Origin: Brachybacterium sp.
Lineage (GTDB): Bacteria > Actinomycetota > Actinomycetes > Actinomycetales > Dermabacteraceae
Assembly: GCA_032101665.1 (NCBI GenBank)
Contig: DAMDHZ010000003.1
Span: forward strand, 1-58,417
Length of the DNA: 58,417 nucleotides
Direction: 5' to 3'
The notes under the pieces were generated by a model. It worked only from the letters and a program-made list of their open reading frames with translations, had not been told where the DNA came from and did no database searches. The position numbers and the translations under genes are program-made. This document shows positions 10,418-20,262 of this stretch, one piece after another. Position 1 is the first letter of the stretch; each line of letters begins with the position of its first letter.

Positions 10418-11692
10418 TCAGGCGTGCGCGCCGGGCAGGTGCGCACGCCAGGCGCAGAGCACCTCGATGAGCGTGCCGAGAGCGATCACCGCACCAGCGG
10501 TGAACAGGAGCGGATAGCTCACCCAGCTCGAGAGGGCCGCGAGCACGATCGGGACGAAGAAGCCGAGATACGCGATCGAATAGAACACGGCGGTCAGGCC
10601 GGCGAGATCCTCGGCCCCGGCGATGCGCTGCACCTCCGACAGGCCCGCGACGAGCGCCAGGCCGTAGCCGCAGCCGAGCACGGCGGCCGCGGCGATGCCG
10701 AGCGCGAGACTCAGGACGGCGGCAGCGAGGGCGGCCATCACCACGCCGACGGCGATGATCGCCATCGCGATCACCGAGGCGCGGGCGCTGCGGTGGGTGT
10801 CGATGCGGCGCCCGAGAGCTTGGATGCCCACTCCGCACCCGAGGGTCACGACCGTCATCAGGCCTGCGAAGGCGATCGGGTAGCCCCCGACCTGAATGGA
10901 CAGCAGGGACGGGAGGATCGCGTAGGCGGTCCCGGCGGCCCCGAAGACCCACGGCGCCACCGGCAGGACCACGCGCAGGAAACGCCGGTGGGCGGCGGAC
11001 GGGACGCGCAGCCGCGAGAGCAGGTCGCGGGCCGGCACCCGCTCGCGCGCGACGAGGGCAGGATGCGTCTCGGGTGTGCGGCGCAACCAGAGCCCGGTGA
11101 TGGCGGTGAGCGCCATGTGCAGGAGATAGGCGGTGTGGGTCGGCCACGGTGCCCACTGCGCCAGGGCGGCCGCGGCTCCCGCGCCGAGCAGGAACCCGGC
11201 GGTCAGTGAGAGCGCGGTGCGGCGCGCGCCCGCGGCGGGCGACGCACCGGCCCGGTCGGACAGCTCCTTGACCCAGGCGGTGCCGACCGCCATCGCGAGA
11301 CCGAGGGCGATGCCGCACAGCACTCGGCCGATCCCGATGACGAGGGCCGAACCTCCGCCCACCGCCAACAGCAGCGAGCCGGCGAAGGAGAACGGAGCGG
11401 CAGGCAGGAGCAGGCGGCGCCGTCCGAGGACATCGGAGAGGGGGCCGCCGATCAGCAGGGCCGGGACAATGCCGAGCACGTAGGCGGCGAGCAGGCCGTC
11501 GACGACCACGGGAGAGAACCCGGCGACGGAACGGTAGAGGACCAGCAGGGGGGTGAACTCGTTGCCGCCCCAGGCGATCGCGACGATCGATGCGGCCACG
11601 GCCCACCAGGCACGCGGTGCGACGTGCCGGGAGGAGGGACGAGCCGGTGCGGTGATCTCGTCGATCACGGGGAGGGTCCCGGTCGAGCTCAC
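10418..11692 (-). CDS. MFS transporter
   Basis: About 12 TM segments and motif A GPLSDVLGRR. Start overlaps the GntR stop (GTGA). Confidence 0.9.
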   Translation of the reverse strand: MSSTGTLPVIDEITAPARPSSRHVAPRAWWAVAASIVAIAWGGNEFTPLLVLYRSVAGFSPVVVDGLLAAYVLGIVPALLIGGPLSDVLGRRRLLLPAAPFSFAGSLLLAVGGGSALVIGIGRVLCGIALGLAMAVGTAWVKELSDRAGASPAAGARRTALSLTAGFLLGAGAAAALAQWAPWPTHTAYLLHMALTAITGLWLRRTPETHPALVARERVPARDLLSRLRVPSAAHRRFLRVVLPVAPWVFGAAGTAYAILPSLLSIQVGGYPIAFAGLMTVVTLGCGVGIQALGRRIDTHRSARASVIAMAIIAVGVVMAALAAAVLSLALGIAAAAVLGCGYGLALVAGLSEVQRIAGAEDLAGLTAVFYSIAYLGFFVPIVLAALSSWVSYPLLFTAGAVIALGTLIEVLCAWRAHLPGAHA

Positions 11693-12384
11693 GCGAGTGC
11701 CTCCTCGACGGCGGCCAGGTGACCCGCGAGCTCCTCGGCGTAGCCGGCGGCGTCGCCCCCGTGGAGCCTGTCGAGCAGGCGACGGTGCCCCGCGAGGAAG
11801 CCGGTGCCACGATCGGTGTCACCGTGCACGCCATGGGCCACGAGACGCTGCTGGCGCTCGCGCAGCGACCGCGCGAAGGACGTGAGCAGGGCATTGCCGC
11901 TCGCCTCGATGACCCCGAGATGGAAGTCCGCGTCGAGAGCGGAGTAGCGAGCCAGGTCACCCGCCCGGTGGGCGTCGTCCTGCTCGTCGAGCACAGCCTC
12001 GAGCCGCGCGAGCAGGGCGGCGCGGTCACGGGGCGGCCGCGCTGCCACATGCGCGGCGGCACGGGTCTCGATGAGCAGGCGGGCCTCGAGCACATCGGAG
12101 ATCTCACCGGGGGCGATGGGCGTGATCAGGGCGCCGCGCTGGGGGAGGACCTGCAGATACCCCTCGCTCTGGAGCCGCCGGAAAGCCTCCCGCACCGGAG
12201 TGCGGGAGACGTCCAGAGCGGTCGCGATCTCGCTCTCGGAGATCAGGGCACCCCCGCGGAGGTCGTCGTCGAGGATGCGCCGTTTGACGTGCTCGTACAC
12301 GCGCTCGGGAGCGAGGGGAGCGCGCGGAGAGATCGCGGCGGGGCTCGGAGGGCGGCGATCGGTCGGGGACGGCAGCTGCGGCAT
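11689..12384 (-). CDS. GntR-family regulator (FadR subfamily, FCD domain)
   Basis: ESEIATALDVSRTPVREA HTH, and DADFH...SGN of the FCD domain. Confidence 0.9.
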   Translation of the reverse strand: MPQLPSPTDRRPPSPAAISPRAPLAPERVYEHVKRRILDDDLRGGALISESEIATALDVSRTPVREAFRRLQSEGYLQVLPQRGALITPIAPGEISDVLEARLLIETRAAAHVAARPPRDRAALLARLEAVLDEQDDAHRAGDLARYSALDADFHLGVIEASGNALLTSFARSLRERQQRLVAHGVHGDTDRGTGFLAGHRRLLDRLHGGDAAGYAEELAGHLAAVEEALA

Positions 12385-12392
12385 GCCGTCAT

Positions 12393-12404
12393 CTTGTATA
12401 CAAG
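12393..12404. promoter_or_regulatory. Putative GntR autoregulatory operator
   Basis: Perfect AT-rich palindrome CTTGTATACAAG, 8 nt upstream of the gntR ATG. Fits GntR-type GT-N-AC boxes. Confidence 0.65.
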
Positions 12405-12534
12405 TTGCAGGCCGTCGCAACCGGCCGGGCAACCGACGTCGGCGATGTCACGTCCCGGGCGCGGCGCGGCACGGCGCCCCGCGCTCGTCGAGGCGCGATC
12501 GGCCTCAGGCTCCGGTTAGGCTGGGGCCTCGCAG

Positions 12535-12625
12535 GGAGGGATGACAGAGCGGCCGAATGTGGTGGTCTTGAAAACCACTGTGCAGTGACCCTGTACCGCG
12601 GGTTCGAATCCCGCTCCCTCCGCCA
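12535..12625 (+). tRNA. tRNA-Ser(TGA)
   Basis: GGAGGGA/TCCCTCC acceptor stem, anticodon arm GTGGT-CTTGAAA-ACCAC, long variable arm, GGTTCGAATCC, encoded CCA. Confidence 0.97.
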
Positions 12626-12727
12626 GTGACCGTGCCGCATCTGGCGCAGACCCGGGCTCTGCGTCCATCATGGGCGCGAGCCGGATCGAGCGTTCCCGGC
12701 CGTGGCCGCCGCAGGAGGGGAGGACGC

Positions 12728-13912
12728 GTGACCCTCGTCGTCGACATCGTGATCGTGCTCATCCTCGCCGGCGCGCTGAGCGCGGGCATCCGCTCGGGCC
12801 TGTTCGCGACGCTCGGCACCCTGGTCGGTCTTGTCGCGGGGGCGGTCGCCGCCCCATGGGTGCTCCCCCTCGTGGCCTCCGCCATCACCGACGACCGGCT
12901 CCGCGGCGTCGCCGCGCTCGCCGCTCTCGCGGGGCTCCTGCTGATCGGAGCGGCGATCGGCTCCGGGATCGGCTCGCTGATCCGTCGCGGCGCCGACCGC
13001 CTGCGCCTGCGCGTCCTCGAACGCATCCTGGGCGGTGCGCTCGGCCTCGTCGTCGGTCTCGTGGTCGTCTCCCTCGCAGGGGCCGGCCTGTCCGCCGCGG
13101 GCATCCCGCAGGTCTCCGCCGCGGTGGCCTCCTCGAGGGTGCTGCGGGTCGTCGACGAGGCGACGCCCGCTCCTGTGGACGAGGCCCTCGCCCGGTTGCG
13201 CGCGACGCTCGCCGGTGGCATCGCGATGCCCACCATCGAGGGCACCGTCCCGCAGATCGCACCGAGCGGTGCGCCCGCCCTCGACACCGTCGACCTCGAC
13301 GATCCCGCCCTGGCGCGCGCTGCCCGCTCGGTCGCGCGAGTGTCGGGCGCGGCCACCGGGTGCGGGACCATCTCGAGCGGCTCGGGCTTCGTGGTCGCCC
13401 AGGACCGCGTGGTCACCAACGCGCACGTCGTCGCCGGGGTCGAGAACCCGCTCGTCGAGCTGCCGGGCGAGGACGCGCGCGACGGCACCGTCGTCTACTT
13501 CGACCCCGTGGACGACCTGGCCGTGATCGCGGTCGACGTGGACGCGACCCCGCTCCCGCTCGACGACTCCCTCGCCCCGGGGGACGCGGCCGCCGTGCAG
13601 GGCTACCCGTACGGCGGGCCGTTCAGCTCCGCGAGCGCCGTCGTCACCGGCAGGGGCACCACCATCGTCGACGACATCTACGGCGACGGAGGCGCGGAGC
13701 GCCAGGTCTACGCCCTGCGCACCGAGATCGTGCCCGGCAACTCCGGCGGCCCGCTCCTCACCTCCGACGGAGGCGTGGCCGGCGTCGTCTTCGCCCGCAG
13801 CGAGTCGGACGCCGGCATCGGGTACGCGATGACGACCGCGGAGCTGCTGCCGGTCATCGCCCAGCTCGATCAGGACACCGCGCAGGTCTCCACGGGGGCG
13901 TGCGAGGCGTGA
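12728..13912 (+). CDS. MarP-family membrane serine protease (CvpA TM domain plus trypsin-like domain)
   Basis: N-terminal TM helices, then GSGF, TNAHVV, DLAV, GNSGGP catalytic triad. GGAGG RBS precedes the GTG. Confidence 0.9.
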   Translation: MTLVVDIVIVLILAGALSAGIRSGLFATLGTLVGLVAGAVAAPWVLPLVASAITDDRLRGVAALAALAGLLLIGAAIGSGIGSLIRRGADRLRLRVLERILGGALGLVVGLVVVSLAGAGLSAAGIPQVSAAVASSRVLRVVDEATPAPVDEALARLRATLAGGIAMPTIEGTVPQIAPSGAPALDTVDLDDPALARAARSVARVSGAATGCGTISSGSGFVVAQDRVVTNAHVVAGVENPLVELPGEDARDGTVVYFDPVDDLAVIAVDVDATPLPLDDSLAPGDAAAVQGYPYGGPFSSASAVVTGRGTTIVDDIYGDGGAERQVYALRTEIVPGNSGGPLLTSDGGVAGVVFARSESDAGIGYAMTTAELLPVIAQLDQDTAQVSTGACEA

Positions 13913-13959
13913 GAGGCCTCCGGCGGTAGGGCTCGTCGCGCCGATGCTACGTTGCAGCC

Positions 13960-14280
13960 ATGCCTGACGACCGCGTGCTCTCAGCCCTCCGCGACCTCGT
14001 CCGGGAGCGCGAATGGGCGCAGTTCCACTCCCCGGCGAACCTGGCGAAGTCCGTGGTGATCGAGGCCGGCGAACTGCTCGAGCACTTCCAGTGGGACGAC
14101 GACGCGGATCGCAGTGAGGTCGCGGACGAGCTCGCGGACGTCCTGACGTACTGCTACCTGCTGGCCGACGCCCTCGACCTCGACCGCGACGGGATCGTCC
14201 TCGACAAGCTCGAACGGACGAAGTCCAAGTACCCCGCCGACAAGGCTCGAGGGGTGAGCACCAAGTATGACCGCCTTTGA
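13960..14280 (+). CDS. MazG-like nucleotide pyrophosphohydrolase (DCTPP1/RS21-C6 type)
   Basis: REWAQFHSPANL, EAGELLEHFQW, DELADV, KYP. Confidence 0.9.
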   Translation: MPDDRVLSALRDLVREREWAQFHSPANLAKSVVIEAGELLEHFQWDDDADRSEVADELADVLTYCYLLADALDLDRDGIVLDKLERTKSKYPADKARGVSTKYDRL

Positions 14281-15988
14281 GATCGAGGAGCTGTCCTTCA
14301 CCGCGGAGTCCGTGAGCGACGCCGACGCCCGACTGCCGCGATTCTCCAACTGGCCCGTCGTGTACCTCCTCGAGGACGGCCACGACATCTACGTCGGCGA
14401 GACGGGCAATGCCACCAACCGGATGCGCCAGCATCTCAAGTCCCCCGCGAAGGAGCATCTGCGCGAGGTGCGTGTGGTCTTCGACGACCGCTTCAACGGC
14501 TCCGCCTGTCTCGATCTCGAGTCGTTCCTCATCCGCCTGTTCGGGGGCGACGGCCGTTTCGACGTGCTCAACCGCAACGACGGCATCACCAATCGGGACT
14601 ACTACCAGCGCGAGGAGTACCTGGCGACCTTCCGGGAAGTCTTCGAGGAGCTGCGCGCACGAGGCTACTTCGAGCGCTCGATCCCGCAGATCGAGAACTC
14701 GGACCTCTTCAAGCTCTCGCCCTACAAGGCGCTCAACACCGAGCAGGGGGTCGCCGTCCTCGACATCATGGAGGGTCTCGTCGACGACCTGCGGACCCCG
14801 ACGCGCACCACCGCCGTGATCCAGGGTGACCCGGGGACGGGCAAGACCATCGTCGGCATCTACCTCATGAAGCTGCTGCGGGACCTCGCCCAGTTCGACC
14901 CCACCGACGAGATCGACGGCGACTCGATGTTCTCGGATCTGTTCCTCGAGGGAAGCAGGGAGCTCTTCGAGGGGCTCCGCATCGGTCTCGTCGTGCCGCA
15001 GAAGTCCCTCCGGCAGTCCATCGAGGGCGTGTTCCGGCGGATCCCGGCGCTGCGCGGGACGCCGGTCCTGACGCCCTACGAGGTCGCCGACGCCGATGAG
15101 GACTTCGACCTCCTCGTCGTCGACGAGGCCCACCGCCTCACCCAGCGTGCGGCGCAGGCCCACGGCACCCTGACCAAGCGATACGGCGAGATCACCCGGC
15201 GCCTCTTCGGCGAGGACGACTACACGATCAATCAGCTGGACTGGATCCACTCCCGCTCACGGCACACGGTCCTGCTGCTCGACACGGCGCAGAGTGTTCG
15301 CCCGGCCGACATCGAGCCGGCCGTCTTCGACCGGGTGATCGCCCAGGCGCGCGACGAGCACCGGCTCTACCCGCTCGACACGCAGATGCGCGTCCGTGGA
15401 GGCAACGCGTATCTGGACTTCGCCCGGACGCTGCTCTCCGACGAGCCGCCCGAGCACGCTCCCGACCTCGAGGACTACGAGGTGGAGCTGTTCGATGACC
15501 TCGGTGCGATGCACGACCGGATCCGAGAGCGCGACGCGGAGATGGGGCTGTCGCGTCTCGTCGCGGGCTACGCGTGGAAGTGGAAGAGCAAGAAGAAGGA
15601 CTCGACGGACGTCGACATCGAGATCGACGGGTGCCGACTGACGTGGAACGTCTCCGAGGTCGACTGGATCGCTTCGCGGACCGCCCTCGAGGAGGTCGGG
15701 TCGATCCACACGGTCCAGGGTTACGACCTGAACTACGCGGGCGTCATCATCGGGCCCGACCTTCGGATCGATCCCGCGACGGGGAAGCTGGCGGCCGATC
15801 GCGAGCACTACTTCGACACGCGGGGGAAGGCGAACAACGCGATGCGCGGACAGGTCACGACGGACGACGACCTGCTGCGCTACATCACGAACGTCTACCG
15901 CGTGCTGATGTCGCGCGGTATGCGCGGGACCTACCTGTACGTCGTCGACCCGCTGCTCCGTGAGCGGCTGCGACGCGTGCTCGGCTGA
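14267..15988 (+). CDS. GIY-YIG nuclease fused to DUF2075 (Schlafen group 3-like) helicase
   Basis: VYLL..IYVGET..RMRQH..LE..LNRN (GIY-YIG). Helicase motifs GDPGTGKT, VDEAH, QMRV, RLVAGYAW, GSIHTVQGYDL, YRVLMSRG. Confidence 0.88.
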   Translation: MTAFEIEELSFTAESVSDADARLPRFSNWPVVYLLEDGHDIYVGETGNATNRMRQHLKSPAKEHLREVRVVFDDRFNGSACLDLESFLIRLFGGDGRFDVLNRNDGITNRDYYQREEYLATFREVFEELRARGYFERSIPQIENSDLFKLSPYKALNTEQGVAVLDIMEGLVDDLRTPTRTTAVIQGDPGTGKTIVGIYLMKLLRDLAQFDPTDEIDGDSMFSDLFLEGSRELFEGLRIGLVVPQKSLRQSIEGVFRRIPALRGTPVLTPYEVADADEDFDLLVVDEAHRLTQRAAQAHGTLTKRYGEITRRLFGEDDYTINQLDWIHSRSRHTVLLLDTAQSVRPADIEPAVFDRVIAQARDEHRLYPLDTQMRVRGGNAYLDFARTLLSDEPPEHAPDLEDYEVELFDDLGAMHDRIRERDAEMGLSRLVAGYAWKWKSKKKDSTDVDIEIDGCRLTWNVSEVDWIASRTALEEVGSIHTVQGYDLNYAGVIIGPDLRIDPATGKLAADREHYFDTRGKANNAMRGQVTTDDDLLRYITNVYRVLMSRGMRGTYLYVVDPLLRERLRRVLG

Positions 15989-16007
15989 GAGGTGCGCCGC
16001 AGGCCTG

Positions 16008-18452
16008 CTATGGCGCGGAGACGAGCTCCTGGATCGCGTCGACGAGCTCCCGGGAGGCCGCGTCGTAACCATGCGCGACCGGGGCATGGCCTGCCGGTGC
16101 CGAGCCGAAGGCGGCCCAGGACGCGCCGCCCTGCGCCCCGAAGCCGGTCACCGACGCGAGCAGCCGCTCCTTGAGCTGGTAGCCCACCTGCGCCGTGCGG
16201 AGCAGCTCGGTGAGCCGCCCCTCGACGTCGCCCGCGCTCTGCGTCATCAGCCCGCTCGAGGTCAGGACCAGGTGGGGCGTCTCCTCGGGCAAGTCGAGCC
16301 GCACGAGCACGACATCACCCTCCATCTCCACGCGGAAGGTGCCGTGGGATGAGGTCAGGTCACCGAACGCGCCGGCATCGAAACCGAGGAGTCGCATCGC
16401 CACGCCACGCCCGGGGCCGAAGGGTCGTTCGGGCGCCTCGACGGTGAGCGTGCCCGCCGCGACATCGAGCGAGAACTCCGCGCGGACCCAGACGCCGTCC
16501 TCCGGCTCCTCCCACAGGGAGAAGGCGTTGTCGGCGCCCGCGGCGACCAGCACCTCGAGGTCCGGCAGGCGCGAGTCGGTCCACGGATCGTCGCTGTCCG
16601 CCGCGAGCGGGAGGATGCCGCCGGCCCGGAGCAGCACGGGGATGCTCGCCAGATCGCGGTGCATGCGAACGGTGCGTCCGCCCCGGTACGGCTGATGGGT
16701 GAAGACGTCGATCCAGCGCCCCTCGGGAAGGTAGACGTCCGTCGAGGCCCGGCGCGTGTCGGGCGCCGCGGGCCGCACGATCGGCGCCACGAGCAGCTGC
16801 GAGCCGAACGAGTACTGGGCCTGGTGCTCGTAGGCCTCGTCCACGGGTGCGACGAAGTACGTGGGCTCGACGAGCGGACGTCCCTCGTGGTGCGCGCGAT
16901 GGTTCATCGCGTGCAGGTAGGGGAGCATGCGGTGGCGCAGACGCAGGTGCTCGGTCATGGTCGTCTCGGCGGCGGCGTCGAAGTTCCACGGCTCCTTGCC
17001 GCTGAAGGGCGAGTTGCCGGAGTGCAGGCGCATGATCGGCGAGAACACCCCGAACTGCACCCAGCGGGTGGCGAGCTCGTCGTCGCGGTGACCCTCCATG
17101 TGGCCGCCGATGTCATGGCTCCACCAGCCGTAGCCGATGTTCGCACCGCACGCGGTGAAGCGCGGCTGGAAGGCGAGCGAGTCCCAGCTGATGATCGAAT
17201 CGCCCGAGAAGCCCACCGGATACCGATGACTGCCCGGTCCGGCATAACGCGAGAACGTGAGGGGCCGGCGTCCGCCTCGCGCGTTGTCCTCGAAGTGGCC
17301 GTGGTTGAGCACCCACAGGGGGTCCAGGCCGCTTTGTCGCGAGTACGGGCCGCTCTGCCAGTCGACCCACCAGAAGTCGGTGCCGAGCTCCTCGAGACCG
17401 CGATGCAGGACCTCGAAGTAGGCGTGCATGAAACGGGGATCGGCGGCGTCGAACTCGACCGGCTCGCCGTCGGCCTCCCGCCCCAGCGCCCGGCACATGG
17501 CCTCATAGGCGTCCTCGAAGGCCCGCACCCCGTCGGCCGGGTGGACGTTGAGGGTCACCGCCATCCCGCGGTCGTGCAGCTCGCGCTGGAAGTGCGCCGG
17601 GTCCGCGAACAGCCCGCGGTTCCACGTGTAGCCCGTCCATCCCGAGCCGTGGACGGGGTCGATGTCGGTCAGATGCCAGTCCATGTCGATCACGGCGACG
17701 GAGAAGGGGATCCGGCGCGACCGGAAGCGGTCCATGAGCTCGAGGTAGGACGCCGCGGAGTAGCGGTGGAAGCGCGACCACCAGTTGCCGAGCGCGAACC
17801 GCGGCAGCAGCGGCTGGGCCCCGCTGATCTCGTAGAAGTCCGCGAGCCCGGCGACATGGTCGCGCCCCTGGGCGAAGACGTAGAGATCCTTCGCCCCCTC
17901 GGGCGCCTCCCGCGGGATCAGACGATCGCCGTCGAACACCATCGAGCCGGAGTCGTCGAGCACCGCGTAGCCGACCGTCGAGTTGATGCCGGGCTCGAGG
18001 GGGACCGCGCCGTCCGCCTCGTCGAGGGTGCGGGCGGCCCCGCCGAGGTTCCCGTCGAGGGCACGCACCGGCGCGCCTCGGCGTCGCCCCTCGCGGTGCG
18101 CCGGGAGCGAGAGATCCTGCCCGTAGCGCCACACCGAGTGGTACGCCGAGACGCCCCCGCCGACCTGCAGCTGGAGCCCGTTGGTGCTGAAGGGACCCTC
18201 GTCGTACTCGAGACGGTAGGCGTCCGTGACCACGTGGAGACGGCCGTTCGCGCGGTGGACCTGCACGCCCTCGCGCTGGACCGGCCGTTGCGTGGCGAAC
18301 ACCGAGGGACGGTCCTCGAAACGACCCGTCGGTGACCACTCGAGGCGCACCACGCGAGCGGTCAGGGGCGTGATCCGGAAGTTCTCGCCCCGGATCGAGC
18401 CGTCCGCGGCGAGGGCCACGTCAGCAGCAGATGTCATGGTCATGACCGTCAC
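16008..18452 (-). CDS. Glycoside hydrolase family 31 (GH31_u1-like alpha-glucosidase)
   Basis: GNWWSR, VIDMDWH, WWVDWQ, HRYPVGFSGD, WWSHDIGG, PIMRLH. GTG 18452 is coupled to the permease stop (ATG 18443 is an alternative). Confidence 0.9.
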   Translation of the reverse strand: MTVMTMTSAADVALAADGSIRGENFRITPLTARVVRLEWSPTGRFEDRPSVFATQRPVQREGVQVHRANGRLHVVTDAYRLEYDEGPFSTNGLQLQVGGGVSAYHSVWRYGQDLSLPAHREGRRRGAPVRALDGNLGGAARTLDEADGAVPLEPGINSTVGYAVLDDSGSMVFDGDRLIPREAPEGAKDLYVFAQGRDHVAGLADFYEISGAQPLLPRFALGNWWSRFHRYSAASYLELMDRFRSRRIPFSVAVIDMDWHLTDIDPVHGSGWTGYTWNRGLFADPAHFQRELHDRGMAVTLNVHPADGVRAFEDAYEAMCRALGREADGEPVEFDAADPRFMHAYFEVLHRGLEELGTDFWWVDWQSGPYSRQSGLDPLWVLNHGHFEDNARGGRRPLTFSRYAGPGSHRYPVGFSGDSIISWDSLAFQPRFTACGANIGYGWWSHDIGGHMEGHRDDELATRWVQFGVFSPIMRLHSGNSPFSGKEPWNFDAAAETTMTEHLRLRHRMLPYLHAMNHRAHHEGRPLVEPTYFVAPVDEAYEHQAQYSFGSQLLVAPIVRPAAPDTRRASTDVYLPEGRWIDVFTHQPYRGGRTVRMHRDLASIPVLLRAGGILPLAADSDDPWTDSRLPDLEVLVAAGADNAFSLWEEPEDGVWVRAEFSLDVAAGTLTVEAPERPFGPGRGVAMRLLGFDAGAFGDLTSSHGTFRVEMEGDVVLVRLDLPEETPHLVLTSSGLMTQSAGDVEGRLTELLRTAQVGYQLKERLLASVTGFGAQGGASWAAFGSAPAGHAPVAHGYDAASRELVDAIQELVSAP

Positions 18453-19267
18453 CCCTTGACAGCGGCGCTCGCCGCACCGGCGATGAAGCGCCGCTGGAAG
18501 ATGAGATAGACGATGAGGACCGGCAGGATCGACAGCGTGGTGGCCGCGAACAGACCTCCGAAGTCCGTCGAGTAGCGGCCGCTGAACGTGGTCAGGCCCA
18601 CCGCGAGCACCTGCTTGGAGTCGTCCTCGATCATGAGGTACGGCCACAGGTAGTCCTCCCAGACCCACAGGAACTGGAAGATCGCGAGCGCGCTGATCGA
18701 GTTCGTGCTCATCGGCAGCACGATCCGGTGGAAGATGTAGAGCTCCGACGCGCCGTCCATGCGGGCGGCCTCGAGGATCTCGTCGGGGATGCCGTCCATG
18801 GACTGCTTCATCATGAAGATGCCGAATCCCGAGAAGACGGCCGGGATGATGATCGACAGCCACGAGCCCTTGAGGCCCGCCGCGGAGAACATCGTGTAGC
18901 GCGGGATGATCGTGACCGCCCACGGGATCATCATGGTCGCCAGGATGAATCCGAACAGGGCGCCCCGGCCGCGGAACACGTACTTGCCCAGCACGAAGCC
19001 TGCGAGCACGCTCGTGTAGATCGAGATCGCCGTGATCGTGACGGACAGGAACACCGAGTTCCCGAAGAGCCGGATGAAGTTGAAGTTCTCCTGGATGTTC
19101 AGGAAGTTGTCGAACGTCCATTCGCGCGGCAGCAGGGTCTGGTCGAGCGCCCGGATCTCACTATTGGGCTTGAAAGCGCTCAACACCATCCACACGAACG
19201 GGAAGACCGTGACGACTCCGATCGCGAGAAGCCCGAGGTGGAGCACGGTGGCCTGGAACCTGCGCAC
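18449..19267 (-). CDS. Carbohydrate ABC transporter permease (MalG-type)
   Basis: EILEAARMDGA EAA loop, six TM segments, FQRRFIAG. Confidence 0.93.
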   Translation of the reverse strand: MRRFQATVLHLGLLAIGVVTVFPFVWMVLSAFKPNSEIRALDQTLLPREWTFDNFLNIQENFNFIRLFGNSVFLSVTITAISIYTSVLAGFVLGKYVFRGRGALFGFILATMMIPWAVTIIPRYTMFSAAGLKGSWLSIIIPAVFSGFGIFMMKQSMDGIPDEILEAARMDGASELYIFHRIVLPMSTNSISALAIFQFLWVWEDYLWPYLMIEDDSKQVLAVGLTTFSGRYSTDFGGLFAATTLSILPVLIVYLIFQRRFIAGAASAAVKG

Positions 19268-19268
19268 G

Positions 19269-20219
19269 TCACACCGCCTTCCGGGCGGAGCGGACGGGGC
19301 GGGGACGGGCGCCGGTGCGGGTCCCGATCCCGGTGACCCAGAAGGACAGGACCGTGAGCACGGCGGTCGCGAGGAACAGGGCGAACGCGATAGCGGAGGC
19401 GTAGCCGAAGTTGTACTTGACGAACGCTTCGTCGTAGATCAGGTACGAGAGCAGATAGGTCTTGAAGCCGGGACCGCCCTTGGTCAGCACGAGCACCTGG
19501 ATGAAGGTCTGCAGGTACGAGATCAACGACGTGATGACGACGAAGATCATCATCGGGCGCAGGAGCGGGAGCGTCACGTACACGAAGCGCTTCCACGCGC
19601 CCGCCCCGTCGACCTGGGCCGCCTCCATGACGTCCTCGGGCAGGGAGTAGAGCCCTGCCAGGAACAGGATGACGGCGTAGCCGAAGTCCTTCCAGATCGT
19701 CATCAGCATGATCGCCGGCAGTGCCCAGTGGCTGTCGAACAGCCAGTTCACGTCGGTGCCCAGGAAGGTGTTGACGGCCCCGACCTGCGGGTCGTACATC
19801 ATCTTCCACACGTAGGCGACGGCCACCAGCGGGGTCACGGTCGGCATGTAGAACAGGGCCCGGAAGAATGTCGTGAATCGGGTCATGCGCGAGAAGATCG
19901 CGAGCGCGAGGGCGAGCCCGAGGATGACCCGGGCGGCGATCACGACGAGACCGAACACGGTCGTGTTGACGACCGAGGTGACCAGGCGCGGGTCGGAGAC
20001 CATGCGCGTGTAGTTGTCGATCCCGACCGGGTCGAACCGGCCGTTCAGCGGGTTCCAGTCGTGGAAGCTGCCCGTGAGCGCGATCGCGACGGGCACGACG
20101 AGCAGGACGAGGTTGAAGACGATGAGCAGGATGACCACGGAGTTGCGGATCCCGCGCTCGCCCTTGTAGACGATCCGACGCTTGGCGGGGCGCGTCTGCC
20201 CCAGGGCAAGGGAGTTCAT
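19269..20219 (-). CDS. Carbohydrate ABC transporter permease (MalF-type)
   Basis: GIDNY, EAAQVDGA, FGYASA. Confidence 0.93.
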   Translation of the reverse strand: MNSLALGQTRPAKRRIVYKGERGIRNSVVILLIVFNLVLLVVPVAIALTGSFHDWNPLNGRFDPVGIDNYTRMVSDPRLVTSVVNTTVFGLVVIAARVILGLALALAIFSRMTRFTTFFRALFYMPTVTPLVAVAYVWKMMYDPQVGAVNTFLGTDVNWLFDSHWALPAIMLMTIWKDFGYAVILFLAGLYSLPEDVMEAAQVDGAGAWKRFVYVTLPLLRPMMIFVVITSLISYLQTFIQVLVLTKGGPGFKTYLLSYLIYDEAFVKYNFGYASAIAFALFLATAVLTVLSFWVTGIGTRTGARPRPVRSARKAV

Positions 20220-20230
20220 GGTGGCTCCAG

Positions 20231-20257
20231 ACGGGCCCGGCGCACGGCCGGGCCCGT
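20231..20257 (-). other. Intergenic stem-loop after the solute-binding protein gene (probable mRNA-stabilising or attenuating hairpin)
   Basis: ACGGGCCCGGC-gcacg-GCCGGGCCCGT, a perfect 11-bp stem with no U-tract. Confidence 0.55.
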
Positions 20258-20262
20258 ACCGA

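Noticed and set aside
12535..12625. Long-arm tRNA as tRNA-Sec or a suppressor
   Set aside because: The anticodon is TGA (reads UCA, Ser), not TCA, and the acceptor stem is a normal 7 bp.
16008..19121. 1037-aa GH31 with an N-terminal extension
   Set aside because: The extension overlaps the permease in another frame. The true start is at 18452 or 18443.
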